A stretch of DNA of 59,405 nucleotides, the filler included, from Stramenopiles sp. TOSAG23-3 (taxonomy: Eukaryota), in the NCBI GenBank assembly GCA_900128585.1. It is 8 parts of 8 records of this genome, joined end to end, with 100 filler letters (N's around TTAATTAATTAA, not from the genome) between each part and the next. Parts side by side here need not be neighbours in the genome. Positions count along the whole stretch, not along the records: positions 1 to 7,368 come from LT643166.1; positions 7,469 to 14,836 come from LT643167.1; 6 more parts are not named here. One strand, 5' to 3'. The notes beneath the pieces are model-generated. The model made no database searches. It saw nothing but the letters and a program-made list of their open reading frames with translations, and had not been told where the DNA came from. Made by a program: the position numbers and the translations under genes. Shown here piece by piece: positions 1 through 9,278 of the stretch. Positions within the stretch are counted from its first letter, which is position 1. Each line of letters begins with the position of its first letter.

Positions 1-2
1 TT

Positions 3-1433
3 TCTGACCAGAGCGGGAAAGTCCTTCTAAACTCACTTGCTTTTTCCCAAGAATGCGCAGATGCATGCAAAAAAATGACTAACGAAAAAAACCGGGAATG
101 CGTTTATGGGTCCCAGATATTCTTGAAACGACCGAGTAAACTCACCTGCAATATAGTTGACACGGCAACAAACAAAGATCTTTTCAACAAACAAACCTTT
201 GGCGAGGAATGCAAAACACAGTGTAATGGATTGGCACAGTATAAATTCCGAGATTGTAGCTGGGGGTCGACCAAATTGAGAAGATATACAAGGCCAGAGC
301 TAAACCTAGAAGTATGTAAAATTGATGACAAAGACGGCAAGATCCTTTTCAAGGAGAAAATTGATGGTCCAGAATGTGTTAGATGGTGCAAGGCGCTGTC
401 CAAACACCCTTCCCGACAGTGCGCCTACGGTTCTAAAGTGATACTGAAGAGGGCAGTGAAAAATATGTGCAAGATCGATGACAAAGATGGCACTGTCCTA
501 TTGAGTACAAATTTGGATGCACACGAGTGTGCTGCGAAATGCGAAGGTATGAGCAAGCACCCTTTCCGCCAATGCATTTTTGGCTCCTTAGTAATTCAAA
601 AACGGGCAACTTTGGCTCCCCAGTGGTGCCATATTGATGACGAGCAACATAAGACATTATATTCTAAGACAGTATTGGCTGATGCGTGTTTCAGACAATG
701 CAATGCACTGAAGGCACATCCATACCGAGAGTGCATATTCGGGTCGAAATTTATCCTGAAGAGGGCAAAACTGCAAGTGTGTAAAATCACGGACCGCAAC
801 GGCAAGCAACTCTTTAGTGCTACAGTTACCAATACGGTGTGTGAAAGGCAGTGTAAAGATCAGCAAAAAACATGGAAACATGTCAAGTGCGTCTACGGGG
901 CGCAAACATTTTTGAAATTGCCAGACAAAGAAACCCTGTGCCAAATCCATGAGAAGGAGGGCGGAAAAATTCTTTCTAGTAAGGTCATGTACATTGGTGA
1001 CGACTGTGTCAAAGAATGCGATTCTCTAGGAAGCCACCCCGACAGAATCTGTCGGTATGGATCAATAACAATACGGCAAAAAATTATAACTAAAAGAACA
1101 GTCTGGGTTCAGAAAATTCGCGAATGCCTTATTAAGAGTAAAAGCGGTACTCTTTACCAACGCAACACGTACTCTGCTCAGTGCGTTCAAGAATGCAAAA
1201 ATAGATACGCTCAACAACAGTTCGGCCATTCCCTCAGTTGTACATTTGGCAGTGAAAATGTCCTCACGACTACTGTGTACCAGGTTACCACAGTAAAACG
1301 ATTTGATTGTGGGTGCTATTTGGCACGGTACAGTGACCTTAGGGCTGCTTTTGGTAGCGATTGTAATAGGGCACTTGATCATTGGACCAATCATGGACAT
1401 TCGGAGAAACGGAACCCGAGTTGTATCCCCTAA
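3..1433 (+). CDS. Cys-rich tandem-repeat protein, 5'-truncated; about 50-aa repeats plus a C-terminal 'YLARYSDL..AFG..HW..HG..E.R' module
   Basis: The frame is open from base 3 (SDQSGKVLLNSLAFSQECADACKKM...). The unit CxIxDxxGxxL...CxxxC...HPxRxCx(Y/F)GS recurs about 7-8 times. Confidence 0.75.
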   Translation, partial: SDQSGKVLLNSLAFSQECADACKKMTNEKNRECVYGSQIFLKRPSKLTCNIVDTATNKDLFNKQTFGEECKTQCNGLAQYKFRDCSWGSTKLRRYTRPELNLEVCKIDDKDGKILFKEKIDGPECVRWCKALSKHPSRQCAYGSKVILKRAVKNMCKIDDKDGTVLLSTNLDAHECAAKCEGMSKHPFRQCIFGSLVIQKRATLAPQWCHIDDEQHKTLYSKTVLADACFRQCNALKAHPYRECIFGSKFILKRAKLQVCKITDRNGKQLFSATVTNTVCERQCKDQQKTWKHVKCVYGAQTFLKLPDKETLCQIHEKEGGKILSSKVMYIGDDCVKECDSLGSHPDRICRYGSITIRQKIITKRTVWVQKIRECLIKSKSGTLYQRNTYSAQCVQECKNRYAQQQFGHSLSCTFGSENVLTTTVYQVTTVKRFDCGCYLARYSDLRAAFGSDCNRALDHWTNHGHSEKRNPSCIP

Positions 1434-1610
1434 CCCGTTTGCACAGGGTGTTCTGTTTTTAATTTTTGAGAAATAAGAATTTTTATTTGTCTATATTGTG
1501 TTTAGTAATAACATAGTACAGGAAGGAGGGGGTGATATTTTACCGGAGGTATTCGTATATAGGTAATTCCTTGAAGTATACAAATTATATACTTAAGCGT
1601 TACAAATTTG

Positions 1611-1673
1611 TGCGATTGTAATGCTGTGTTGATTATATCAACAACAAAAAATTTGCGATTGTAATGCTGTGTT
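1611..1673 (+). repeat. 20-bp direct repeat TGCGATTGTAATGCTGTGTT (2 copies), containing the ATGCTGTGT motif
   Basis: Identical copies at 1611-1630 and 1654-1673. Confidence 0.85.
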
Positions 1674-1720
1674 TATTATTTGCTTTGTGAAATCGTCCTC
1701 CTCCTCCGTTCAATATCTTT

Positions 1721-2199
1721 GGCGCAGAATTGAAAAATGGTAAAAACTTTTTGGTAATTATTTGAAGCAAAGAGATCTTTATGAATAAAGGATACTTTTT
1801 TTTAATTTAAAGGGTCAAAACTGGTTTGAGATGCATAAAATTATGCCTGTACGCTTGATTTTTTATTACAAACAAAGGAACAAGTGTTTGTGTGGGTAGC
1901 GTTTGGTCTAAATCGTCCATTTCACACAAAATTGTCCCTACGAACCGTAATTCCAAGTCATTAGAGGGCAAACAATTTATAAACGTTCGTTGGCGGTCAC
2001 ACATGGTAAGCGGGACGATTGCCTGATCTAAACTTATGCATTTAAGCATCCCCCTTGCTTTTGTTTATCGTTCTAGGACGGAACGCTTCCATACTTTGAA
2101 AATCGAGTTGGATTTTTTTTCGCGCCACGGACACCGAACACTTTGTTGAACAGGTGTATATCAAAGCCTTTTACTTTTAAAAAAACAACGACGGTCGTC
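1721..2199 (+). repeat. Dispersed ~480-bp conserved non-coding element, copy 1
   Basis: Colinear with 32110-32590 (+) and 46545-47024 (-). Shares the 42-bp block CTTCCATACTTTGAAAATCGAGTYGGATTTTTTTTCGCGCCA at 2086-2127. Confidence 0.92.
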
Positions 2200-2768
2200 T
2201 TTTCTATTTTTTTTAGAAAATGGTATTTTTGTCATTTTTTGTTGTAAGTTTGTGTTGAAATAAATAATTTCTTTCATTTTTACACCGAAAAGAAATGTTA
2301 ATTTATTTTAAGAGATGCTGTGTTGATGTAACATACCGATTGCTAAAACAAAAAAAAAGAAACAAAAAAATTGCAAAAGAACAATTGTTGTTGGAACATT
2401 GAAACAAAGTTGGTTCTTTTTTTTAGTGCTGTGTATATGTATTTTACTTTTACCAAAATATATTATTGCATTTTATATAATATTATCAACAACATTGGCC
2501 AGCAGCAGCGCAGCATTTTACTTACCTACCGGTACTTTTTTTGTTTGTGGTGGCTTATTATTCCTTTATCCATCCCTGGTACCTTCCGCCCGACACACAG
2601 ACCACAGATCACGTAACAAATGTTGGAAAATAGATGTGTAATGTCATACAGACAGCTCCTTGACGATTACAGATGATGTATTCATTGAATTAAACGGCAG
2701 AACAGGGAGTTACACTGACTTTAAAAAGTTAGAAACAAGCGATCAATCAAAAGTTCATACCTTCAGTG

Positions 2769-3626
2769 ATGGCAGACGATAGACTTTTGTTGAGTGATAG
2801 CATCTCAAAGCACTACGACGAACGGTCTGGCTCAGTGTATGTGCAGAAAAAGCTTTCAATTTTTGGACCGATTGTTGGCCACTACAGCGTTGAAGTAGAT
2901 GGCGATCTGTACGATTTGAATGATCATTACTCAAAGCCAATAAAATTTGGAAAATTTATTGTCCGTTCGCCAGTTGAAGCAGCAATAAACGTCATTGCGT
3001 TCAGCACCCTTGTTGTGTTGACAATTGTGGCACTCCTAAACGACCCAGAAAGCGTAGATTATTGGACTCTCCCATTCAAACTGTTACACTTATTTTTCCA
3101 CAGCATAGTCCACATTGTCCCCAATTGGTCAAAAGAGGATGGGATGGACCACAAAAAGTGTTTGAGAATTATATGTGGGATAGTGTTTGGCATATCCAGG
3201 TATGTTGTTATATTGATATATTTCTGGAGGATCCATTGGAGCTTCTTCGTTGGATTGCTCGTGCTTTTCGGGCTCACAGTAAAACTAAGGTTCCTTGGTG
3301 AATTGATTAAAACTGCTGTTGCATATTCAGTGGTATGTGTAGTCATGTGTCGTGGCGAATGCTCCGGTCTGTGCAGCGTTTGCTCGCTTGGAGCTTTGCT
3401 TCAGCTTGGCGCCTCGGGATCGTTTTACTTTGTTGGTCAGTGCAAAGGACATGTGTACAAACCATGGACGAGAGACACCGATCGAAAATGGATTGCTTAT
3501 CATGTAGTTTCAGACATTGGGAATGCATTGTGGATCATCGGAAGTGCCTACGATCCCAGCTCGCCCGTCCCTTTGGCATTTAATGAATATGGTAGCCAAG
3601 GTTTTCCTCTTTGTTGGTGGCCATGA
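2769..3626 (+). CDS. Hypothetical multi-pass membrane protein
   Basis: 285-aa ORF with several hydrophobic helices; no family recognised. Confidence 0.55.
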   Translation: MADDRLLLSDSISKHYDERSGSVYVQKKLSIFGPIVGHYSVEVDGDLYDLNDHYSKPIKFGKFIVRSPVEAAINVIAFSTLVVLTIVALLNDPESVDYWTLPFKLLHLFFHSIVHIVPNWSKEDGMDHKKCLRIICGIVFGISRYVVILIYFWRIHWSFFVGLLVLFGLTVKLRFLGELIKTAVAYSVVCVVMCRGECSGLCSVCSLGALLQLGASGSFYFVGQCKGHVYKPWTRDTDRKWIAYHVVSDIGNALWIIGSAYDPSSPVPLAFNEYGSQGFPLCWWP

Positions 3627-4337
3627 TTACAAAGTATACAGAATTTCCTGTTTTCTTCTTTTCGTTGTTGTTCTTCGAACAACCTTCTTTTTTTTTCGAA
3701 AAAAAAAGGATTTTAGGGGAGGAGGAGAGGAAGAAGTATTGTATTAAAATATGATAATTATTTATTATTATTATTTTGTATTTAAGACTAATAATAAAAT
3801 ACCGTACTACCAGCAGGTACTAAGATTTTTTTTAAATCTCCTCAGCAATTTGATGATGAAGGCGTGTTGTTATATAACGTTGTTGTAACAGACAGGTAAA
3901 AAGAACTGGTATTATATTCTGTTATATAGAATATTTTCCGAATTGGTTCTTCCGTATCTCTGTGGTGTTTTTTTTGTTTCTTTTTTTTGTTTCAATGTTG
4001 GTTTACTTTCATGTTTCACTGGACGCTGTGAGAGTACCGGTAGCGGTTATACCAAGGTATTATTATTATTATTTTTTTTTTAAATTCTTCTTCTTCTACA
4101 AGTATAATAATATTCATCACAATTTTGTCTTGTTGAAGTGACAATTTGTAATATACGTTTTTATTATAATAGTTTATGTAATTCGTTCTTCCGTAAACCG
4201 TCATCTATTTTCATTTTGATTGTTTTGTTTTAGGCAAAGAAATTGTAAGTTCACGATAGTTGAGTTTTGTTAAGTCCCTCGCTAATTTTCCAAGTTCTTC
4301 CCTTTACCGTAGAATGATTTTGTGCAAGTAGCTGGAA

Positions 4338-4652
4338 ATGAATTGTTGTCGTAGTAGTAGTAGAAGGGTTTCTCCGGAAGCTGGGGTCGCCCCTGGGCTT
4401 GCAATGGGCGTCAAAGAACTGAAAACAGAAGGGGATAGAATGGCGAGGGAGATAGTTATATCCCACTTCAAAACTGTCTTAAAAGAAAACCCCAACGCGA
4501 CGTTGGACATGGCCATTTTGAGCTTTGAAAATGCCGGACCAGAATACGAAAATAATTTGACCGAATTCGCCAAAACGAGAATGAGGACACCAGAAATGTA
4601 CAGAGCAAGTTATGAAACATTCTTTATCACGGCCAAAGAGACGTTGGAATAA
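4338..4652 (+). CDS. Small hypothetical protein
   Basis: 104-aa ORF forming a GC-richer island in AT-rich DNA. Confidence 0.45.
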   Translation: MNCCRSSSRRVSPEAGVAPGLAMGVKELKTEGDRMAREIVISHFKTVLKENPNATLDMAILSFENAGPEYENNLTEFAKTRMRTPEMYRASYETFFITAKETLE

Positions 4653-4717
4653 AAACCAAAAAAACGTTATGTGTATTAATTAATTGTATCACTTTGAAAA
4701 TATATTTTATCGTCGGT

Positions 4718-7368
4718 TTACATATATTTTAAACTCTCCGAGGTAGACCGAAACCCACTGGCGCTTTGCTGCGAGACCCAAAGTTCGATGTCTTGCGGTT
4801 TGGGTGGTGTGGACGCACAACCTTGGTATACAATGACGTGCAATTGCTTCAGCACGGAACCCGCCCGCTGATTCGTCCGCAAGAAGTGCTCTAAATAATT
4901 TTCCAAATTGCTCGACGGTGGGAAAACGCTCAACGTTATGTAGAGAAGCAGCCAGCCTTTCTCCACGGACTCGCCTGAAGGGTTGTTGGTTATTTGTTTT
5001 ATTATCTGAAGAAACAATTCATCTCGCAGCACTGGGTGAAAATACGCGGTTTGGAGGGCCTCTGCGGCCAAAGTCATCGGGTACGTGTAATGACGATCTC
5101 CCATAAATCCCATGACATGCTTAAACATGCGAATGCTTACAATATTTTCTCGGTCGTCCAGTCTTGTCAAAGAGCCATTTATGGGCAAGGGGGAAAAAGT
5201 AAGAAAGTCTTCCGGTTGCCCGTCCTTTAAATTCTGGAAATTGTAGAGGCTATAGTGATCGGCGGTCCGAAATTCGCGAAAATGCAAGGCCTTTATCTGA
5301 ATCGTAATGTCTGCGATGGCGTCCACGTCTTCGCTTTCGACGGCTAGCCTCAGCTTTAATTGAAGCAGCTGAGGAAACGGCAAAGACAGGATTTCTTTCA
5401 TTCGAGCCGCCAGGCGCAAAGAAACCCCATACCCTGCGGCTTGCTTGAGAACTTGCTGCATCAAAATTACATCCAGTTTCATCACGGCCGTTTCTGATTT
5501 CTCTCTCAGGGCGTCGCAATCTGCTAGCCGCTCCGCAACTTTCTGTGCAATCGATGACGTCTCGTATCCTAGCTTGGTGGCCTGCTCCAGGGCAAATCGC
5601 ATTCGTAAATGATTGGTGGAAAGGGAGCTGGAAAGGTCATCGTGAGATTTTTGTAACTTCACCAGCAACGCCTTGGAATGAATTACAACTGACGCAATAT
5701 CCATGTCTGCCAGTGAGTCCAGCCGCAAAAAATCTGCTTGCTCGACTAGGTACGTCAATTTTGCTATATCTTTTGTAGACATGGCCCCGATTAAACCCAA
5801 AGTTACGTCTCGTACATCGGTGTGCCATTGGGCATACACCCTGACGCTCTCAATTTCATCGGCCGCAAAGGGGCTAGCTTCTACTTCGTCGATTTGCTCC
5901 ATCGTGGATATGACATCGGCCCAATTGCCATCCATCAAGGCTTTGCGCAATTGGATTAAATACTTTGCCGTTATCATCAGCTGGTGGCCTTCACCTGCCC
6001 GGACTCCAGCTTTTTGACCTCTTTCCAGAGCAACCTCAAGACCCGATGTTGTGATAGTGCTGACGTTGACATGAGCGCCCTCAAATGTTGGTCTGCCCAA
6101 CACCAGCGCCTGGCGCAAGTCTCGGACAGCATCGCGAATGGACAGCTCTGATATAATTGCATTTATCTCTGACTCTACAATCTCCGCATCGTCCACCCCT
6201 AAATAGTCCTTCTCTTCGTCCGTCAAAGCACCACATGCTTTTACACGAATTGAAAATTCTGTGATAATTTCCCATTTTCCAAAAAGAAGAGCATCTCGCA
6301 GAGCGAGTATCTTTTCTGCAACAGAACAGACATTTTTTAATTCAACTGTGCACCGCTGCAATTCGTGCGCGCATTTTATACTTGACCTTAGCATTTCAAC
6401 TTCAACGTTGGATGTATCGAGCGCCCCTGGCTCCCCATCTCCACCTCCAACCCGAAGTGCATCACGTAACTTTTCAGTATTCTGGCGATTTTCGGCCAGT
6501 TCACGAGTTATTTTGATTTCTTCCTCAATAAACTTCGCGTTGGCTGTCCCCACGCACGACACGCCTACAGCATCAAGAGCTTTTTGTTGGCTGTCAAAGT
6601 CACGATCCAAAATAGCTTTCCGTAACCTTCTCACAGCAACAGCTGTTTTTTCCAAAGACAATATTTCTAGAGAATCGCATGTCATTGCCCTGACGTATCT
6701 AATTGCAGCATCTAAGTCATCCAAATGCACGGTGGAAACGGAGGCGGCAATCAGATCTCCGCTCAACCCGCCTGAAGAGAGTGCGTTGGTTAGTTTCTCT
6801 TTCGCCGTAATCTCTAGCAGCTCGTTTCGTATCTGCAAAACTTCTGGCTGTGTTTTTTCGGGCAAAAGATGTACAGACACTCCGGTCAGGCTCTGCCCAA
6901 CGCTTGACCAGTTTTTGTCAGCAACATGTTTCCGTAGATTAAGAATAAATTTTGCTGAATTTAAAAGCCTGCCCGAAGATATTGATTTGCTGCCTATTTC
7001 TTCTGCAAGAAGAATCGCCTCTTGCAGCCCTTCAATGCAAGATGTACTTGGATCCAACGCTGCATCAAGAGCTCGAGAAACTTTTCTATCATCAATTTCT
7101 AATTTTAAAAGTCCAATTTCAGCTTTTGCAGACGGGGCTATGGTAACTGTATCATTCGGGTCAACACTTAGCAATCGGGCCTCGACACTCAACCAATCAT
7201 CGTGCAAAACATCCCCCCGAACCCCTCGCAAAACCTTTGCACAGTTTTGCAGTACTTGCGCTTTTTCTGTCTTACATTTCAGTCTGGCGCCTTCTGCTAT
7301 CGCAAGTACCAGAGCATCGGTAGATATGTCTGAAGTATTAATTTGTCCTACTTCTCCTCTAACCTTTC
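4718..7368 (-). CDS. MyTH4-domain protein (probably an unconventional myosin tail), 5'-truncated at the contig end
   Basis: C-terminal MyTH4 signature (FKHVMGFMGD...LRDELFLQIIKQITNNPS..S..KGW.LL....SVFPPS). The frame is open up to 7368. Confidence 0.8.
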
Positions 7369-7468
7369 NNNNNNNNNNNNNNNNNNNNNNNNNNNNNNNN
7401 NNNNNNNNNNNNTTAATTAATTAANNNNNNNNNNNNNNNNNNNNNNNNNNNNNNNNNNNNNNNNNNNN
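7369..7468. other. Artificial contig spacer N44-TTAATTAATTAA-N44 (also at 14837-14936, 22303-22402, 29765-29864, 37184-37283, 44596-44695, 52003-52102)
   Basis: The same 100-bp linker with stops in all six frames occurs seven times, and the flanking contig lengths decrease monotonically. Confidence 0.97.
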
Positions 7469-7470
7469 GA

Positions 7471-7746
7471 ATAAAACAAAAAAAGATATTCGAAGTACTG
7501 AAACAAGGTGCAAAGAAATATTATGGCTACGAATTTGTAAAAGTAGACCGCCCACCGGAACAAACGGATACAGAGGGATCGTGCACCTTAAACGCACTTT
7601 GCCGAGCGATCACGGCCGCGGAAGGAAACGTTACAAGGAAGGATCTAGAAGAATGGGTACCCGTCTTTGTCCAAATGCTGGTCAAACATTTTAGAGGTAC
7701 TGCCATGGAAGAAAGTATTGTAAAATCAAGACAATTAAAATTTTGA
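7471..7746 (+). CDS. 3' fragment of a hypothetical protein (possible CE-clan/Ulp1-like protease C-terminus)
   Basis: My translation: IKQKKIFEVLKQGAKKYYGYEFVKVDRPPEQTDTEGSCTLNALCRA...SRQLKF*. The Q-x6-C spacing resembles the Ulp1 oxyanion Gln/catalytic Cys motif. Confidence 0.45.
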   Translation: MKQKKIFEVLKQGAKKYYGYEFVKVDRPPEQTDTEGSCTLNALCRAITAAEGNVTRKDLEEWVPVFVQMLVKHFRGTAMEESIVKSRQLKF

Positions 7747-8052
7747 TAATTTAAGATTACCACCTGACCCACTGGTCAACGATCTTGATGTTTTCGCTGC
7801 CGATCGTTCTTTCAAAAAATTCTTCCACTTCGCTTTAAATTCCGGAAACTTACTCCCTACAAAGTCGCGTAGGAATTTTGCCCGTCGATCTATACTCGAA
7901 AATGCTTGTGACGTTTTCTCCGCTAGCCTTTTGGTAGTATTTTTGGTCAAATTACGATTTATTTCCATCTGACTCTCAAGTGCCTCTAGCTTTGCGTTTA
8001 GCCTCGCTATTTCAGCAGTATTGTTTTTCACGGACATGGGACCAGTGGACAT
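7735..8052 (-). CDS. Small coiled-coil hypothetical protein
   Basis: 105-aa ORF with a heptad-like N-terminal half (EIARLNAKLEALESQM). Confidence 0.55.
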   Translation of the reverse strand: MSTGPMSVKNNTAEIARLNAKLEALESQMEINRNLTKNTTKRLAEKTSQAFSSIDRRAKFLRDFVGSKFPEFKAKWKNFLKERSAAKTSRSLTSGSGGNLKLSKF

Positions 8053-8089
8053 TTCTTTAATACATGCACATATTAATAGGATAGAATTT

Positions 8090-8962
8090 TTAAATATGGT
8101 AAATATCTATGTATTCGCTCGCTCGACTGAATGAATACGCACAGGCAAATACGTACACATGCCACATAATGTGGGCGTTCAAATCGTCCTTCAGTTTATG
8201 GATAAACGATACGCTGCCGAATACAACCCCGACAATCACCCAAAAGCAAAACTTCGTTCGGTATTTTTTGACTCGTATACTTCCGCGATACAGTTGATAC
8301 AACGCGGAGACCACCGCGATTGTAATAAAGAACCAACACAGCAACAGGTCCAATTGCGCTTTCTTTTCGTACGCTATGTATAGAACAGCACCAAACAAGC
8401 TGGTAATACAGAAGTTTATCGCTAAATTGACAGACCATCTGCATCTCCATTCGCTAGTTTCTCGAGCCTGTCCGCGACAATTTTTGTACCACCAACCAAA
8501 TACGCCCAACTCTTGCTTGTAAGACGGTATCGTAGGCTTTACCTTAGGCAGCCACGACAAACAGTAGGAAATTATGGTCATTATCGAAAACACCAAGTCT
8601 CCACGTTCGTACGACACAAAACTACCCGGTAACCCTAACTTTAAGTCAGCGGTCCAGTGCCACACGATACTGAAATAGCAGGTGCTAAAGAGTAGGAATT
8701 TTAACCATAGTCCTTGGGCTTGCATCAATGGAAAGAACGCGAACAAGTTTGACATAATCACATGGAATTTGTTGACATTCGTGACATTTTCTTCGTCGTA
8801 CAAGAGGTCTATGCACAAAATATATGCGGTGTAAATGGCCGTAGAGAGAAAGAACACCGTGTCCATCTCTCCTTGGTCCTCGTCTTCGTCCAATAAACCG
8901 ATGGGATCGGGGAGTACCTTCGTATCCTTTATGGGGGATACCTTCATTTCGGTATACTTCAT
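8090..8962 (-). CDS. CREST-superfamily 7-TM protein, TMEM8/PGAP6/myomaker-like
   Basis: SNLFAFFP, FSIVWH (SxxxH), ERGDLVFS (conserved D) and HIMWH (HxxWH) occur in the TMEM8/DUF3522 order, with about 7 hydrophobic helices. Confidence 0.65.
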   Translation of the reverse strand: MKYTEMKVSPIKDTKVLPDPIGLLDEDEDQGEMDTVFFLSTAIYTAYILCIDLLYDEENVTNVNKFHVIMSNLFAFFPLMQAQGLWLKFLLFSTCYFSIVWHWTADLKLGLPGSFVSYERGDLVFSIMTIISYCLSWLPKVKPTIPSYKQELGVFGWWYKNCRGQARETSEWRCRWSVNLAINFCITSLFGAVLYIAYEKKAQLDLLLCWFFITIAVVSALYQLYRGSIRVKKYRTKFCFWVIVGVVFGSVSFIHKLKDDLNAHIMWHVYVFACAYSFSRASEYIDIYHI

Positions 8963-9034
8963 TAATATATATACTGGTATTATAATTTTACTTTAATAAA
9001 TCATCTCTTCGCTAACCCTACTAGTAACTCTGTT

Positions 9035-9262
9035 ATCCCATTTGGTACATCCCAACATCCCATTTGGTACGGATCTACAGCCACAATTCCCAATGGATCC
9101 CAATGGGATTCGTCTGGACCGTCTGGACCGTCTGGATCAGTGTCGTTCGACCAGATCCCAATGGGATCCCAATGGGATTGATACATCATTAAACTAAAAC
9201 AAAAACGAAAACTAAAACGAAAACTAAAACTAAAACAAAAACGAAAACTAAAACGAAAACAC
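9035..9262. repeat. Complex repeat cluster: ATCCCA boxes, palindromic ATCCCAATGGGAT, (CGTCTGGAC)x3 and an (AAAACN)n tandem
   Basis: ATCCCATTTGGTAC at 9035 and 9057; ATCCCAATGGGAT at 9097, 9155 and 9166; 9-mer x3 at 9111-9137; AAAAC(G/T/A) hexamers at about 9190-9262. Confidence 0.85.
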
Positions 9263-9278
9263 TTTGATTATTGAAAGA

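Noticed and set aside
1807-2049. Similar small ORFs in the element copies (1807..2049, 32252..32440, 46606..46836) as a peptide family
   Set aside because: Each frame is interrupted by a stop in at least one copy (e.g. LDQ-TAA in copy 3, GCC-TGA in copy 1), and conservation is in nucleotide blocks rather than codon-like.
7369-7468. TTAATTAATTAA palindrome recurring every ~7.4 kb
   Set aside because: It is an artificial concatenation linker inside N runs. Gene adjacency across linkers carries no biological meaning.
9035-9180. CRISPR-like array
   Set aside because: The repeats are short and irregular, lack unique constant-length spacers, and no cas genes are present.
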